From assembly GCA_028023455.1 (NCBI GenBank), contig JAQFVV010000007.1:7502001-7566000 (forward strand): a stretch of 64,000 nt of DNA, in the 5' to 3' direction. Under the pieces are notes generated by a model. The model was not told the origin of the DNA, did no database searches, and saw only the letters and a program-made list of their open reading frames with translations. This document shows, piece after piece, positions 13,901 through 25,849 of the stretch. Each line of letters opens with the position of its first letter. Within the stretch, counting starts at the first letter, position 1. The position numbers and the translations under genes were made by a program. This stretch comes from Epiperipatus broadwayi (lineage: Eukaryota > Animalia > Onychophora).

Positions 13901-15480
13901 CGTTACTGTAGATGAATCTAGAATTAAAATAACTACTCAATAAAGTATATGGAAACACCACGTGACAATGTTAAGATTCTACAATATTTCAATTTCAAAA
14001 ACATTTTTGAAAATTTTAATCCTTGCACGTCTATAATAATTTACGACTCATATTGATAGACTCAAACCTGATATCTAATTAGAAAAGCGTAATGTCAAGC
14101 AAAAAAAATAATCCCAAATTAATAGTTTTGTAATATATGTGCTTTGTATTCATAACTATAGTAATTTACTTTGAAAAAAAAAATATTTTAAAAACTTACT
14201 TAGTTATTTAGCTCAAATCTATAGCTCAGATGAAAAACTTCATATTTTTTCTATCAACCAAACAAAACTAACAAAGAAAAGCGAGTGTGAAATATTTTCA
14301 CAAGTGGATTCTTTAAACAATAAGTCAATATTGGGTAAAGTTTAAAGTGTCACATTTCATTCTACTAACTTGAAAAAATTACCAACATTACTGGTTTTAA
14401 AAATTAGCGAATTGAAAAAAAAACAAAACAATATATTTCTCTGCATTCAGAATAAGCTTACATTAGCAAAAAAATGTTCGATTCAAAGGTAAGTTCGCAC
14501 TTAAAGATATTCTCCATTTAATAATTACAATGCTAAAGTTAAAATATCAAATCTTATTTTTTTTTTTGCTTTCGCTTTAAACAGTGAATAAACCGACATT
14601 TTCACCCCCCACCCCAATTTTTCTAAAAGTACAAAAGGAAAAATCTTTTCATTTAAAAAAAAAAATTCACATTACGTTGTTTAATGAGTTACGAACAACT
14701 GATGATATAAACCTGAATTAGTCAATAAACCAGCACTGTAGAACATAGAAAACATTCTTAAGAATCGAATAAAAAAGATTTTAAACACAAATAAATGAAT
14801 ACAGATGTTATTATGACTCGATTATTCAAAAAATTATGAATTAATATAAAATTGATAAAGATGAAAAAATAGAAAATTAAATCATTATTAAAACTGAAAT
14901 TGTTTAAAATAAATATAATTGTTAAAAGGAAAAAGTTAATTTCATCGCGCCTGCGTAATTCGCACAAGGTTGTAATGGAGGACGGGTGGGGGAGGGGGTT
15001 TCTAAACAAAAACGAATCGTCACCTTTACTACTTGAACAATTTATCTGCAACAGCTATACAACTAGACACAACCATTCCAATTACGAGGGAGAGAGAGAG
15101 AAAGAAAAGACAAAACAATAATAATACTACTAGAGATGAATTTCACAATGACTATATAAACCAATCTATAAACGATAAAAATGTCCACATATAGAAAGGC
15201 GGGTGTCACGCTATTATTTGATATGTTGTGTTATTGTCTCTCAAATTCTGCAGAAATCATTTTTTTCCGAAATGTTTCAATCCACATCTAATTGGATCTC
15301 TCCAGCATATTTCTACATTCCATCATATTTTTCCAGTAAAAACAATCAATTTCTTATTTCTTTAGGATGCCTTTGAGATAATCTTTATAATGAAAATTCC
15401 TATGATAACCATGCCAGAGTTAGAGAATTTATATTAATAATTTTTATTAGTCATTCACTTGATTAGAGATTATCCAAAAA

Positions 15481-15785
15481 TGAGTAATATTTCTATAGTG
15501 TAATGTTCATTATATCACTATCATGCAGAGTAGAGACTGGTTTCTATCCACTTTTAACACCTTGTGGAGGGATGAAATCATAAACATGTGACTTGAGAGA
15601 TGAAAAAGATAAACATATGAACATAGACATGTGAAAAAAATCTATGATCCCATGAGATCCTCACATGTCTTTGATCATATGTTTATGATTACATCCCTCC
15701 ACAAGGTGTTAAAAGTGGATAGAAACCAGTCACTATCCTGCATGAGAATGGTGTCATGAAAATTATATTACAGAAATATTACCCA
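15481..15785. repeat. Long inverted repeat (core arms 15521-15587 and 15679-15745) containing GAAACCAGTC
   Basis: The ~67-bp core arms are near-identical, with weaker outer extensions. Both arms contain GAAACCAGTC read outward. Confidence 0.85.
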
Positions 15786-16299
15786 TTCATGAAGTGTGTT
15801 GTTTATTCATACTACATGTTCTGTTTAATTAAGATTTAATTTTACAATAATAAATTCTAGCCTATCACATCCAGCAAGTAGAAAAATATATTGCTAATTT
15901 TATGATCTGACCATTGTATTTTTGAAATTTTACAGAACATCTTTAAATGAAATTTTTTTAATACCTCTCTGTTATAGTGATAGGTTATCCAAATCTCACT
16001 TTCATGCCATAAATAGGTAAAATAACAGCTCTATTTATAGCTAATATAGTTGCTATAGCTATTTCCCTGTGGTGAAATAGTCTACCATTTAATTTATTAA
16101 AAACAGTAGCAACAAATTGATATCTGTGTTGCATCTCAATATCCCTTCTCAACAATTTTACTTCCATCGGTGGCTAATTAAGTTCCATTAAACCAAAGTC
16201 ATTATATGTTGCATTTAAAACATAATGTTTGGTAAATTATCACATCTGACAAAAACTGCACCATCATTTATTTGCGTACCATAAATCCAAAATTTATTG

Positions 16300-16530
16300 T
16301 TTTGAATTTTAATCATTCAAATTAAATATTCATCTACCAAATGTGTATCACACCTTGATCTCTTACATTAAACCATCTATAAACAGTTCCAGAGACTATG
16401 TTATAAAAATTAAAAACAATGTCAAAGCAGGTACACTTTCTTGTTCAATGTCAGTTTTCATTTCACATGCTTTAAATTTTCCACCTGAAATAAAAATTTT
16501 CCTTTCAATCTATCATATAGAAGCTGCATA
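16300..16530 (+). mobile_element. Possible Penelope-like RT N-terminal relic
   Basis: ORF 16343..16531 'KPSINSSRDYVIKIKNN...SCSMSV...LNFP' loosely follows the PLE pattern 'I.NS.DF+.K+K...L.S.DV.SL+TN+P'. Confidence 0.3.
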
Positions 16531-16685
16531 ACTTGTAAATCAAAAATTTAATAATTTGGCTATTGATAAATATTGAACATATTCTATTTTTTCATGGTTT
16601 TTGATATCACATAACTCAGTGAGAGATAGGTACTTTCATTTCAATTACAAATATCTAAAAGTTATGATTAGTTATTATTACATAT

Positions 16686-16855
16686 ATCATTAAAAACCAG
16701 TCAACACTTAGACAATCCCAATATCAATAACAATCAACAATCTCAATCTGTTGTCAAGACAACCTCCTTTATTGTTAAATGGAGGTTACCTTCACAAGAG
16801 ATTGAGATTGTTATTGATATTAGGATTGTCTAAGAGTTGGCTGGTTTTTAATGAT
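16686..16855. repeat. Inverted repeat (arms ~16686-16749 and ~16797-16855), with a related single fragment at 23575-23667
   Basis: 'atcattaaaaaccagtcaacacttagacaatcccaatatcaataacaat' has its reverse complement at the right end. The same sequence recurs at 23578 as 'gaaaccagtcaacacttagataatctcaatat'. Confidence 0.85.
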
Positions 16856-17099
16856 TACTTACAAACTCATTTAACCTTAAGCATTATTACACTTATTATT
16901 CAAATATTACATATATAAAATAACAAGTTACCCACTAAAATATAATATATATAAATTTTAATTTGTATAAATGATAGGTAATAACAATGTATTACATTGT
17001 AATCATTATCAACAGAAATAACATACAAAAAAACCATCATGTAATTTTGCAAGAATTGGATATATCGATATTAGCAGATTATCTATTTATTACACAATC

Positions 17100-18400
17100 T
17101 TTAAATTAGTTTATAAAGATTTCCCTTTTAATTTTTCTCTTTTTATGATGGCTTTCTTCATTTAATATTCTTCTATGATCTCGGCTAAAAGTAAATTTAA
17201 AACTGCAAGATTTTTCCTGATCAAAGAAAACAGACAGTTATTGGTCTGATTATTTCTATCATTTATTACACTATTGTATATTAGTTGGTGTTCTTTTAGT
17301 CTTTTTTTCCAAAGTACATCTTAATTCTCCAGTGTGTGCGACTTTTTGCATGCACATATAAATTGGATATATAATACTACTTTTTTGAAATTTAAGAATA
17401 GTATTTTTATATACGTTAATTGATCAGTTTACATTTGGAGAAATATAAAATGAAACTTTATATTTATTAGTAAATACTTTTTAAATACATTTGGCTTGAC
17501 CAATATTTAAAAATGCCATAGATATCAATTTTTATTATTTTTACTTTTTTTAATTTTGTAAGATTTATTATTAAACTTATTTATTGCATGTAGAATTTTT
17601 TTTCCTATCATATCATACATTTATAAATTGCTGAGTAAATATTTAAATATTTTGGATTTTAACACTTTTACAACTGCATAATTTTTCATTATGATGTTTA
17701 TTTAATACATATAACACAGATATCAAAGAATAATAGCATTACATACAACACAATTTATATATTTGTAAACCCTAATTTAATACAGTGTTACATGTGTAAT
17801 TTGTTTATTAATCTATGGTATATTTGCAATGTAAAGTAGTTATCAGACTTTTCATCTTTAAACATTATTTTAAATGATTGCACTGAAGCTATTTAATACT
17901 AGAACAGAATATGTTTTGCATATCCTCTCTTGTTTACAATTATCAGGTTTCTTGTGATCTCAAAGCTAACTTCACACTAATAATAGATGTGATATTGCAG
18001 CAGCGTCTTTTCTTTTCCATCTTAAGTAATAATAGATGCCAGATGATAGTGCTTAATAAATTCCTGTCCTGTGCTACTCTATCCAAAATATCCAGACTAG
18101 ATAGATTGTATCTTGATACTGTATAGTTGGACCTTTAGGATCTAATGCACACTTTTTCCAGCTCCTATCATTTGCCTCTATAATTATACTATCAATTATC
18201 AACACAAACTGAAAAAAAAATGTTTTCAATCTAAGCCTACTTGATTATATAGTCATATTCAATTTTTGTATATTGTGATGTCCTTGGTAATCAAACCCAT
18301 TTTTAAAGTTCACTCACCTCATTCTGTAGTTTATGATGATTAGCCTAAAATTGTATATTATCCTTTTTAAATCCATTGACAAAGAACTGATGATGATAGC
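17100..18400 (-). mobile_element. Very decayed RTE-like LINE relic
   Basis: Minus-strand pieces resemble the endonuclease 'IDYI' motif ('EYDYII', ~18250) and the RT 'LFN++..+I' region ('VLNLLLAEIIEE', ~17190). There are many stops. Confidence 0.25.
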
Positions 18401-19199
18401 TGATAGTGTTATGTTCATCAGTTATATGTAATTCTTCTTTTTGATGATAATTGTTAATTTTCTCTCTACTTTTATTCAATTTTAAACAGAAGATAATCAA
18501 CCCTTTACACATGTAATGTACTATTATATTAAGTCAAAGTTGTTTTTGTTGAATGTAAAGAAATTCTTGATCCAAGGTATGATCACCTTCTGTCTAACGT
18601 TAGTTTGAAACTGTGCTAGTAAATCCATTAGTCAATTATGTTCAATTCCATGAGTGTTATTAAAATAAAGAAATGAAAGTGAATAATAAACTATCCATGT
18701 TCACATTCCAATATACTTAAGTTGGCCTATATAATTAAACTTAAGTACAAAGATAAAATACCTGCTCTTATCTTTTCAAAGTCTCTACTAGTGCCTTGGA
18801 TTGAGAGTTTAATCACACCTTCAACAAAAATGTTGATTTAATATAACAGTATAGTGCATGTGTAAAAAGTTGATTACCTTCTGTTTAAAATTACAGTTTA
18901 AATCTGCACTAGTAAATCCATTAGTCGATTACATTAATTTTTATTCAATTTAAAAACAATTATTGATTAAAAGTATAAAGCTAAACTAGTAAAAAAATAA
19001 TCATACCTCAAATTCACAATTCAACCAGGGTGTATGGGGAGTAAGTGGAATTGTGGGTAATGTTTAGTTTAAATATGTTGTTATTTTGTAATTCTTTTCA
19101 CTTGAGAAGTCTGCTTGTAGCAGTAAAACCATTGGTAGTGTTTTATAGTTTATTTTCTAGTCTAGTTGAGTTGTAAATTTGAAGTAATTTTGATTATAT

Positions 19200-20547
19200 T
19201 GTAACGTTTATTTATATACATTGCAAATATATTGGCATTTGGTAAAAGCTAAAAAATAAAAGTAAATTTAGATTTTTTTTTGACTAATTTTTTTTTTAAA
19301 AAAAATAACGTACAATGAAAGTTAAATTATTCTTTCGTTTTTTTTTTTATGTAATTAGAAATAAAAGTTAGAATTGGAGAGAAAAAAAGACACAAATTAC
19401 CAATCTAGATAAGAGAAAGTAAAAATATTTCAACTAATTAAAGATGGCAGAATTATGCTGAAAAAAATAGAGACTTTATAACATAAATTTTGTAAAGAAT
19501 ATAGAAGATTATCAACGGATATTTTGACAAACAAAAGATATGTGCAGAAGTTGGAAAACTGGGCCTCTAGAGAGTATAAAAGGCAGAGATCAGTTTGAAG
19601 AAGGTCTTGGTTTAGCTGATATTCTTTTGGTTGGTTTTGGATTAGAGAATCCATACCACTCTATGATGAAAAAGTTATTCATACGAGAGTAGACCGGAGC
19701 TTTAGCTGACATCATTACCGATGGACACCAGAGAAGCTTACGCGACTAGCCTATGGAACCAGCACCAAGATCAACTAATAATCAAAGGCCGTGAGCTCAA
19801 TTCAACCCCAAAGAACTATGCATAGTTATCTACTACTGAATTCACAAAACTTACTGGTAAGTTATGCTTCATTATCCTGATTGTGACAAAAGTAATGTTT
19901 GCAAACAATTCTTAAAAATAAGCTTATAATAGGATCCCATAGAGACTCTTATTTAACCAAGAACCTTGTAATTAATTATTCAGCAGTTATTTTTTTATTA
20001 TTAATGTTTCATGTCAGAATTAAGTGTGTTCTCTCCAATTTATTTGATAAATAATTTATTTCAAACATTTTTTATTTATTAGAATAAAAATATTTCTAAT
20101 ACCAATTTTCATTTGTGCGTTATTCATAATAGTTATTATTATTTATTATTAAATCTATTAGTAGTTTAATAAGATTTAAAAATGTAATTTATCTTTGCCA
20201 ATATGTTTGAATAAGCCCAGGAATAATAATCTTAAAAAAATAATTCTCCTTACGGTATGATGGTATGATGTAATACCGATTAGTTTAAAAGCATTTTTTT
20301 TTTATTTGTGAGATATTATATGACGATTTCAGTGAATTCTTAGGAATTCTGGCACCCAGATTAAATAAATTAAAAGCTGATTTCGTCAATAGCACAATTC
20401 TCAACAATTAATAGGCCGAGTTGATCAGAAAATATAACTATGTTTTTAGAATAGAAATATAACTTTCTTCTTTTTTGACATAGCTTGATCAACTCACGCG
20501 CAGTTTATATTAGCGTGTAGAGGCCTAGCAAAATGGAAAACATTATA
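19200..20547 (+). mobile_element. Solo-LTR-like element inserted into ATAT
   Basis: The element runs ATAT|TGTAACG (19200) to CATTATA|ATAT (20547; a plausible decay of CGTTACA). It has an internal 'gtataaaagg' TATA box (19574) and the donor 'actg|gtaagt' (19857), and no ORF. Confidence 0.6.
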
Positions 20548-20894
20548 ATATATATATATATTGTATCCCTCATCTCAACTTTATCATAGCACAATTATCC
20601 ATCAGGGCATATAGTCAAACTATTCTCTTTTACCATACATGCGTTTTATACTTCACTTTTAACTTTTCAGTTGAGTTAACATAAACAGATGGAATAATTT
20701 AATTTTATATTTATTAGATATATTTAAACTTAACTACTTTAAAACCATTAATAATTACATTAATACTGTCTATTAAATATATAGCAATAATATATCTGAA
20801 AAATAATTTTTAATATGCATATGCTTTCTTTAAGTCATTCTTAATTCTCTGATTGTATTTTGTAAACTACTGCGAAGTCTCTTTGCTGTACAAC

Positions 20895-21256
20895 CTTGTG
20901 TCAAGGCATGGAAAATATTAGGCATCTGTTAATTGAATGTAAATGCTTACAAGCAAAAAAGATACAAATAATGAAGTTGTGGGAGAATAAATATAAACAA
21001 GGTGATTATACAGAAAGTGGGTTCTTGGTTTTTATGCTGGATTTGGAAAAAAAAAAAGAGAATCTAGATATAAAGACCAGAGAGCAGACAAAAATGATGT
21101 TGTGGAAATGGGATAAAGCAGGATAGAGAAGCCTAGGAGAAAAATCTAGGGTGGGGAATGAAAAGGAATGGGGAGGTGGATAACAGTTTTTTCTGGGCAT
21201 AGTGGCTGGGAGATTCTTGACTTCAATAAAGAAGTCAAAAAGCATCACATCACATC
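20895..21256 (+). mobile_element. 5'-truncated LINE 3' end (CCHC zinc knuckle), second copy of the 40512-41355 family
   Basis: 'ENIRHLLIECKCL' is shared with ORF 40798..41154, and both end in a 'gcatcacatcacatc' tail. Confidence 0.9.
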
Positions 21257-21348
21257 TCCATTCTGAGTTAATGTGGTGAATTTCTTTAATTATTTCACAG
21301 TTAGATGAAGCTTAGTCATGTCTGCTCTCTTTTAATATATATATATAT

Positions 21349-23551
21349 TGTAACAATCCGGAGAAGGCGACTTAACGTAATCTGCACCACGGGGCGCCAT
21401 CTAGGCATTTGAACCTAGAAAAATTTATAAAGTAGGCAGATACGTAAGTCAAAAAAAAAAAATTTTTTTTTTAAAAATATTTTGGTTCCGGTCGTTAGCC
21501 CACGTCACTAGCTCAGTGGAATAGCAGAGATTAAATAATATCATATCTTATCTAATTAGATTTCAACATTAAAAAAAAATAAAATAAAATAAGCCACTGC
21601 CAGTAATTAACATACAAACATTTATTTATGCACATATATATAAGATTTAAAATTATTTTAGTATTAGTTTACATTTTAACATTTAACATTATTTTTAACT
21701 TTGATTTTTGACTTTAATTTACTTTTAATTACTATTATATTCTAATTTTACATTTTAATTAAGTTCGCACAGATAAATTTAGGAAAGCTTGTTTATAATG
21801 TTGAATATAGATCGGTTACATAGATTTCACGGTCAAAAACATTTCAAAGTAAACATAAACGATCAAAATACAAAATTATTGATTACTGACAATTGCGGAG
21901 GGAAATTTCTATGTAACCCAATAGTATTCATCATAAGATACTTGCATTGTCACCAATAACTTAAAAGACATCCGAATAAATACATTTTAGATACTCACCG
22001 TAAGGTATCATTATTTATCGAATGTCTATATATTTTGATCAAATATGAAAACCCAAAACATACTTAACCGATAACCAATCCATGCAAGCGTCTATAAACA
22101 ACTTAAATTTAATGCATTTTTATTTAGGGTCAAGTATAAATAGACCACATAGATTTGCTTTTGAAAATAAACATTCTATCCCTATTTAACCTTAGGTTAA
22201 AATTCGTAGTCAAACCGGCATCAATTCATCTGATATATCGATGTATTCAATGTAATAAAATACGGCAGCACAAAAAGATTAAGAAAAGACATTGACTCTC
22301 AATCAGATAGGAATATTACATCTATCTAACGAGAAGAACAATAAAAAAAAACTCCATAGAAAGGAACTGCGTTCTCCGTCTTATAATTCCTTCCATAGGC
22401 AAACGGAAGTGTGCGGCGTATGAAGCGATTCTTCCCGTAGCGAATCAATATTACATCTACTAATCACACCAATATATCCAATCCATTGACCCAATCTAAC
22501 AATGACACAAATAACCTAAGATTACCCTTCCCTAATATAACTTTACAAATCTATACAGCCATTCACGCCCGACTTAAGTTTAACATTGATATATTTTAAT
22601 TTATCGGAAAACAGAAATCATAAATAAACTTAAAGAACAAAATTAAATAAATGGAAATGATTTTACACAAATAAATAAAAAATACCTCAAATAACATTAT
22701 TAATAAATTAAGTTGGTCAGATAGGATAATATTGCAATCATTTAAATTTGGAAAGTTTAATTTAATGTTCATTTTTTATAAAGTTCTTACGGTTTAAAAT
22801 GTTCATCTTTTACAGTTGCTTGCCATGAACGTGAATTCCCACGCCGTCCTAAGATTGGTATCCATTTAGCCGTTGTTTTATTTATTCATCCGGAGGTTTT
22901 TGTTTTAACTGGTCCTCAATGTAGAAAAACGATAGTTCATTTCTCTTTCTTTACTAGCAAAACTGAAGGGATTGAACGTGCGTCCTTCAATCTCTTCTCC
23001 CGCACCTCCGCACTAACACCTATCTGTCACATCGTAATAATCATGATCACTCACTAGTCACTAATTAATAATTTCCAAATTTTCCTTTTATACGTATTCG
23101 AAGGATTGACTTAACATTACGTCATCGATGCGATGATCCTTTTCATTGAGGTCCGATTTCCCAATGGATTTATTTCATTTGCTAAAAGTTTCTATTGTTT
23201 TCCTCTCTGACCGATGTTTTTACATTTAAATGCCCAAGGCTGGTTTACATTTAACTAATTAACAATCATTTCCATTTCTGATTAATTAACCTGTTTTCCA
23301 AATCAAAGATATATTTTTATCTCTAAATCTTTTTAAGTTTTTGTTTTAAAATACCTTTTCTATTTTTAATACAGTTTTATTTTAATAATTTTTTTTATCT
23401 GTGCGATTTAATATATACGAGTTTAAGATGATATTTAATTTCAATTTTTAATTCTTAAAGAAAATTTTTAAATGCGAACTTTTTGATTTACTTTCATGTT
23501 TAATAAAAAAAAACAAAAAAAACAATGTAACGAACGTCTGTGCTCGTTACA
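21349..23551 (-). mobile_element. 2.2-kb solo-LTR-like element inserted into a (TA)n tract
   Basis: The element runs ATAT|TGTAACA (21349) to CGTTACA|ATAT (23551). Its interior retains CpG and has no ORF. The minus strand has a cluster of ATTGG x3, CACTTCCG and TATAAG near 22380-22500. Confidence 0.7.
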
Positions 23552-23799
23552 ATATATATATATATATATAACTATTAGAAACCAGTCAACACTTAGATAA
23601 TCTCAATATAGATAAAAATCAACAATTACAAACTGTTCTCAAAATAGCCTCCTTTTAACAATATATATTCTAACCTCAACTCTAGGAAAGTAGATTAAAA
23701 TAACATTGGAACCGAATAAGGAAAACTGGTATGTTTACATAATACTAGTAATAATAAGATTATGTATACCTGGGCACCAAATTGTAACTGTGAAATTGT

Positions 23800-24050
23800 A
23801 ATGCCCACCAGAGATCATCATCCATGCTTATTACTATAGGATACAATGAAGAGAGTAATTAAAATGTCTTCAAAAAAATATAATGTTGATGCATCCAATT
23901 TATTTTATCATGGTCTTAATTTTGAACTTAATAACAATTACATAAATATTCTCGTGTTAAGTTATTACTACCAACAAAATAATATAGACAATTTTCTTCC
24001 ACAACTTTATATAGATATATGATCTCTAGAGGTAATCACAAGAATGTTAT
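23800..24050 (+). mobile_element. Possible PLE RT thumb relic
   Basis: 'FELNNNYINILVL...TIF...RYMISRGNH' resembles the PLE pattern 'E.E.NN.+.FLD+.I...T.+Y.KPT..RY+...SNH'. Confidence 0.3.
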
Positions 24051-24185
24051 TGTATATTTCTAACCTATAAATGACTAGAAATAAATCAGTAATCACTGCA
24101 GAGAACTTGTAACTTATGTTTAGAATATATACCACTAGATTATTATTTAATTCAAAGCAAAATAAAAGAATTGTTATAAATACTT

Positions 24186-24270
24186 AAACAAGGCAAAACT
24201 CTTCATACAGTAGTGCCACCCTTTGCCAACCAGAGTAAGAGATAGTGATCATGTGATGTTTAGTAGTTTA
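24186..24270. mobile_element. HHR-repeat family 1, locus B (short inverted junction fragment)
   Basis: The minus-orientation 'aaacaaggcaaaactc..catacagtagtgccaccc..aaccagagtaa' is joined to the plus-orientation 'gtgatcatgtgatgtttagtagttta'. Confidence 0.8.
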
Positions 24271-25849
24271 TAAATACCTCCCATTTAACTCAACTACTAT
24301 TATTTTTGTTCTCAGTGTCTATTACTTTTCATAGTCACAGTTATATAACATTAAAGATATTTGTTGTATTCTCCTTTGTATCTTCTTAACTGACAACTCT
24401 TAATATTATTTGCTTAAACACACCTATAGACCTACAAGAATAGAATGTACCTTTCATTCCCACTAATTCCAAGTTAATTATTATTATCATAATAATATTT
24501 CCCATTTTTTAGCATTTAAACTATTTAACTTCCAAGCTACCTCTTTTAAACTCAATAATCGAAGTACTCAAATTTCTCAAGGTCTTGATCTGCTTGTATG
24601 ATGCAATTATTAATTATTACTAACTCATTACGATCTGATGAAAATGATCCTATAAACTTGCCAAAATAAAATTTAATGTGAGTTTACCAGTGGGGATCAT
24701 ATTAAATACCAAAAGCAGAAAAGAGATTTTATGTCTACTCTTAATATTCATGACATTGCAACAAACTCACTAACTATGTTTAACATATCTAAATTGACTA
24801 TTTTCTTTTATTTCATTTTATTTCCAAAATTAACTAGTACTTTTTAAATCTATGACATTTTATGAGTCAGATATCTTCTTGATCCACATGACATGATCAT
24901 TTCTCCCTATAAAATTTCTTGGTTGATATTTTATAAAGATGATTTTGGAAATGAATTATGAAAATCAACAAATATAAGACATTTCATAAATTTAAATGTG
25001 ATCTGGTATTAACACATTGTATTTATACCACATTTATAAAATTGGTTATGGTAATATATAGAATATATCTTTTATAATCCGGTGTAAGGTTCTAGATATC
25101 CAATTATTAAAACACAAGACACATGTAAATTTATAACAATAACAAATGTTTATTATACTTAAATAAGAAAAGAAACACACATATGTAGTATCACAACAAT
25201 CTCAAATATTATATCCATTGTAAAAATACAAATGTAATTTTTTTCCTAATGAAATTCACATTAACTACGTTTTCAGATTAGCACCAAATCATTCTAATAA
25301 GGTATACTATTTAAGCACTATAAATAATAATAATAACAAAATATATATATACTTTCATATTATTTAAATTTTAAAATTAAAACTTAATCATTGTTTGACC
25401 CATAGTTCAACTTAAATGTTAATGTGCTTAAGCACGGAATTAGAATTCCACATTTAAATATAAATATGATGCATTTAAATATAAATATGATATTATTGTA
25501 TAACTTTTACCCAACAGCCTATTCAATTTCTTGGCCCACTTTACTACAATAACGATAAATTTAACCACTCTAATAAGCAATAAGACATTTTATTTTTATA
25601 TGAAGACAATATTATATCCAAATTTGTTGACTATTCATTAATTGTAAGTAATTATTTGAAATATAAAACAAGTTTTATTTGCATGCATACTAAATATTCA
25701 TCGCTATCCCCCTATAATCCTGATCATTCTGTTATCAGTCTAGTGACGGTATTCACATGGATAGGCTAGTATGTTGCCACAGCTTGACAATGTTTATATT
25801 TATTCTCCATAAATTTTGACTATAGATCGGTCAGCATATAAATTAAAGC

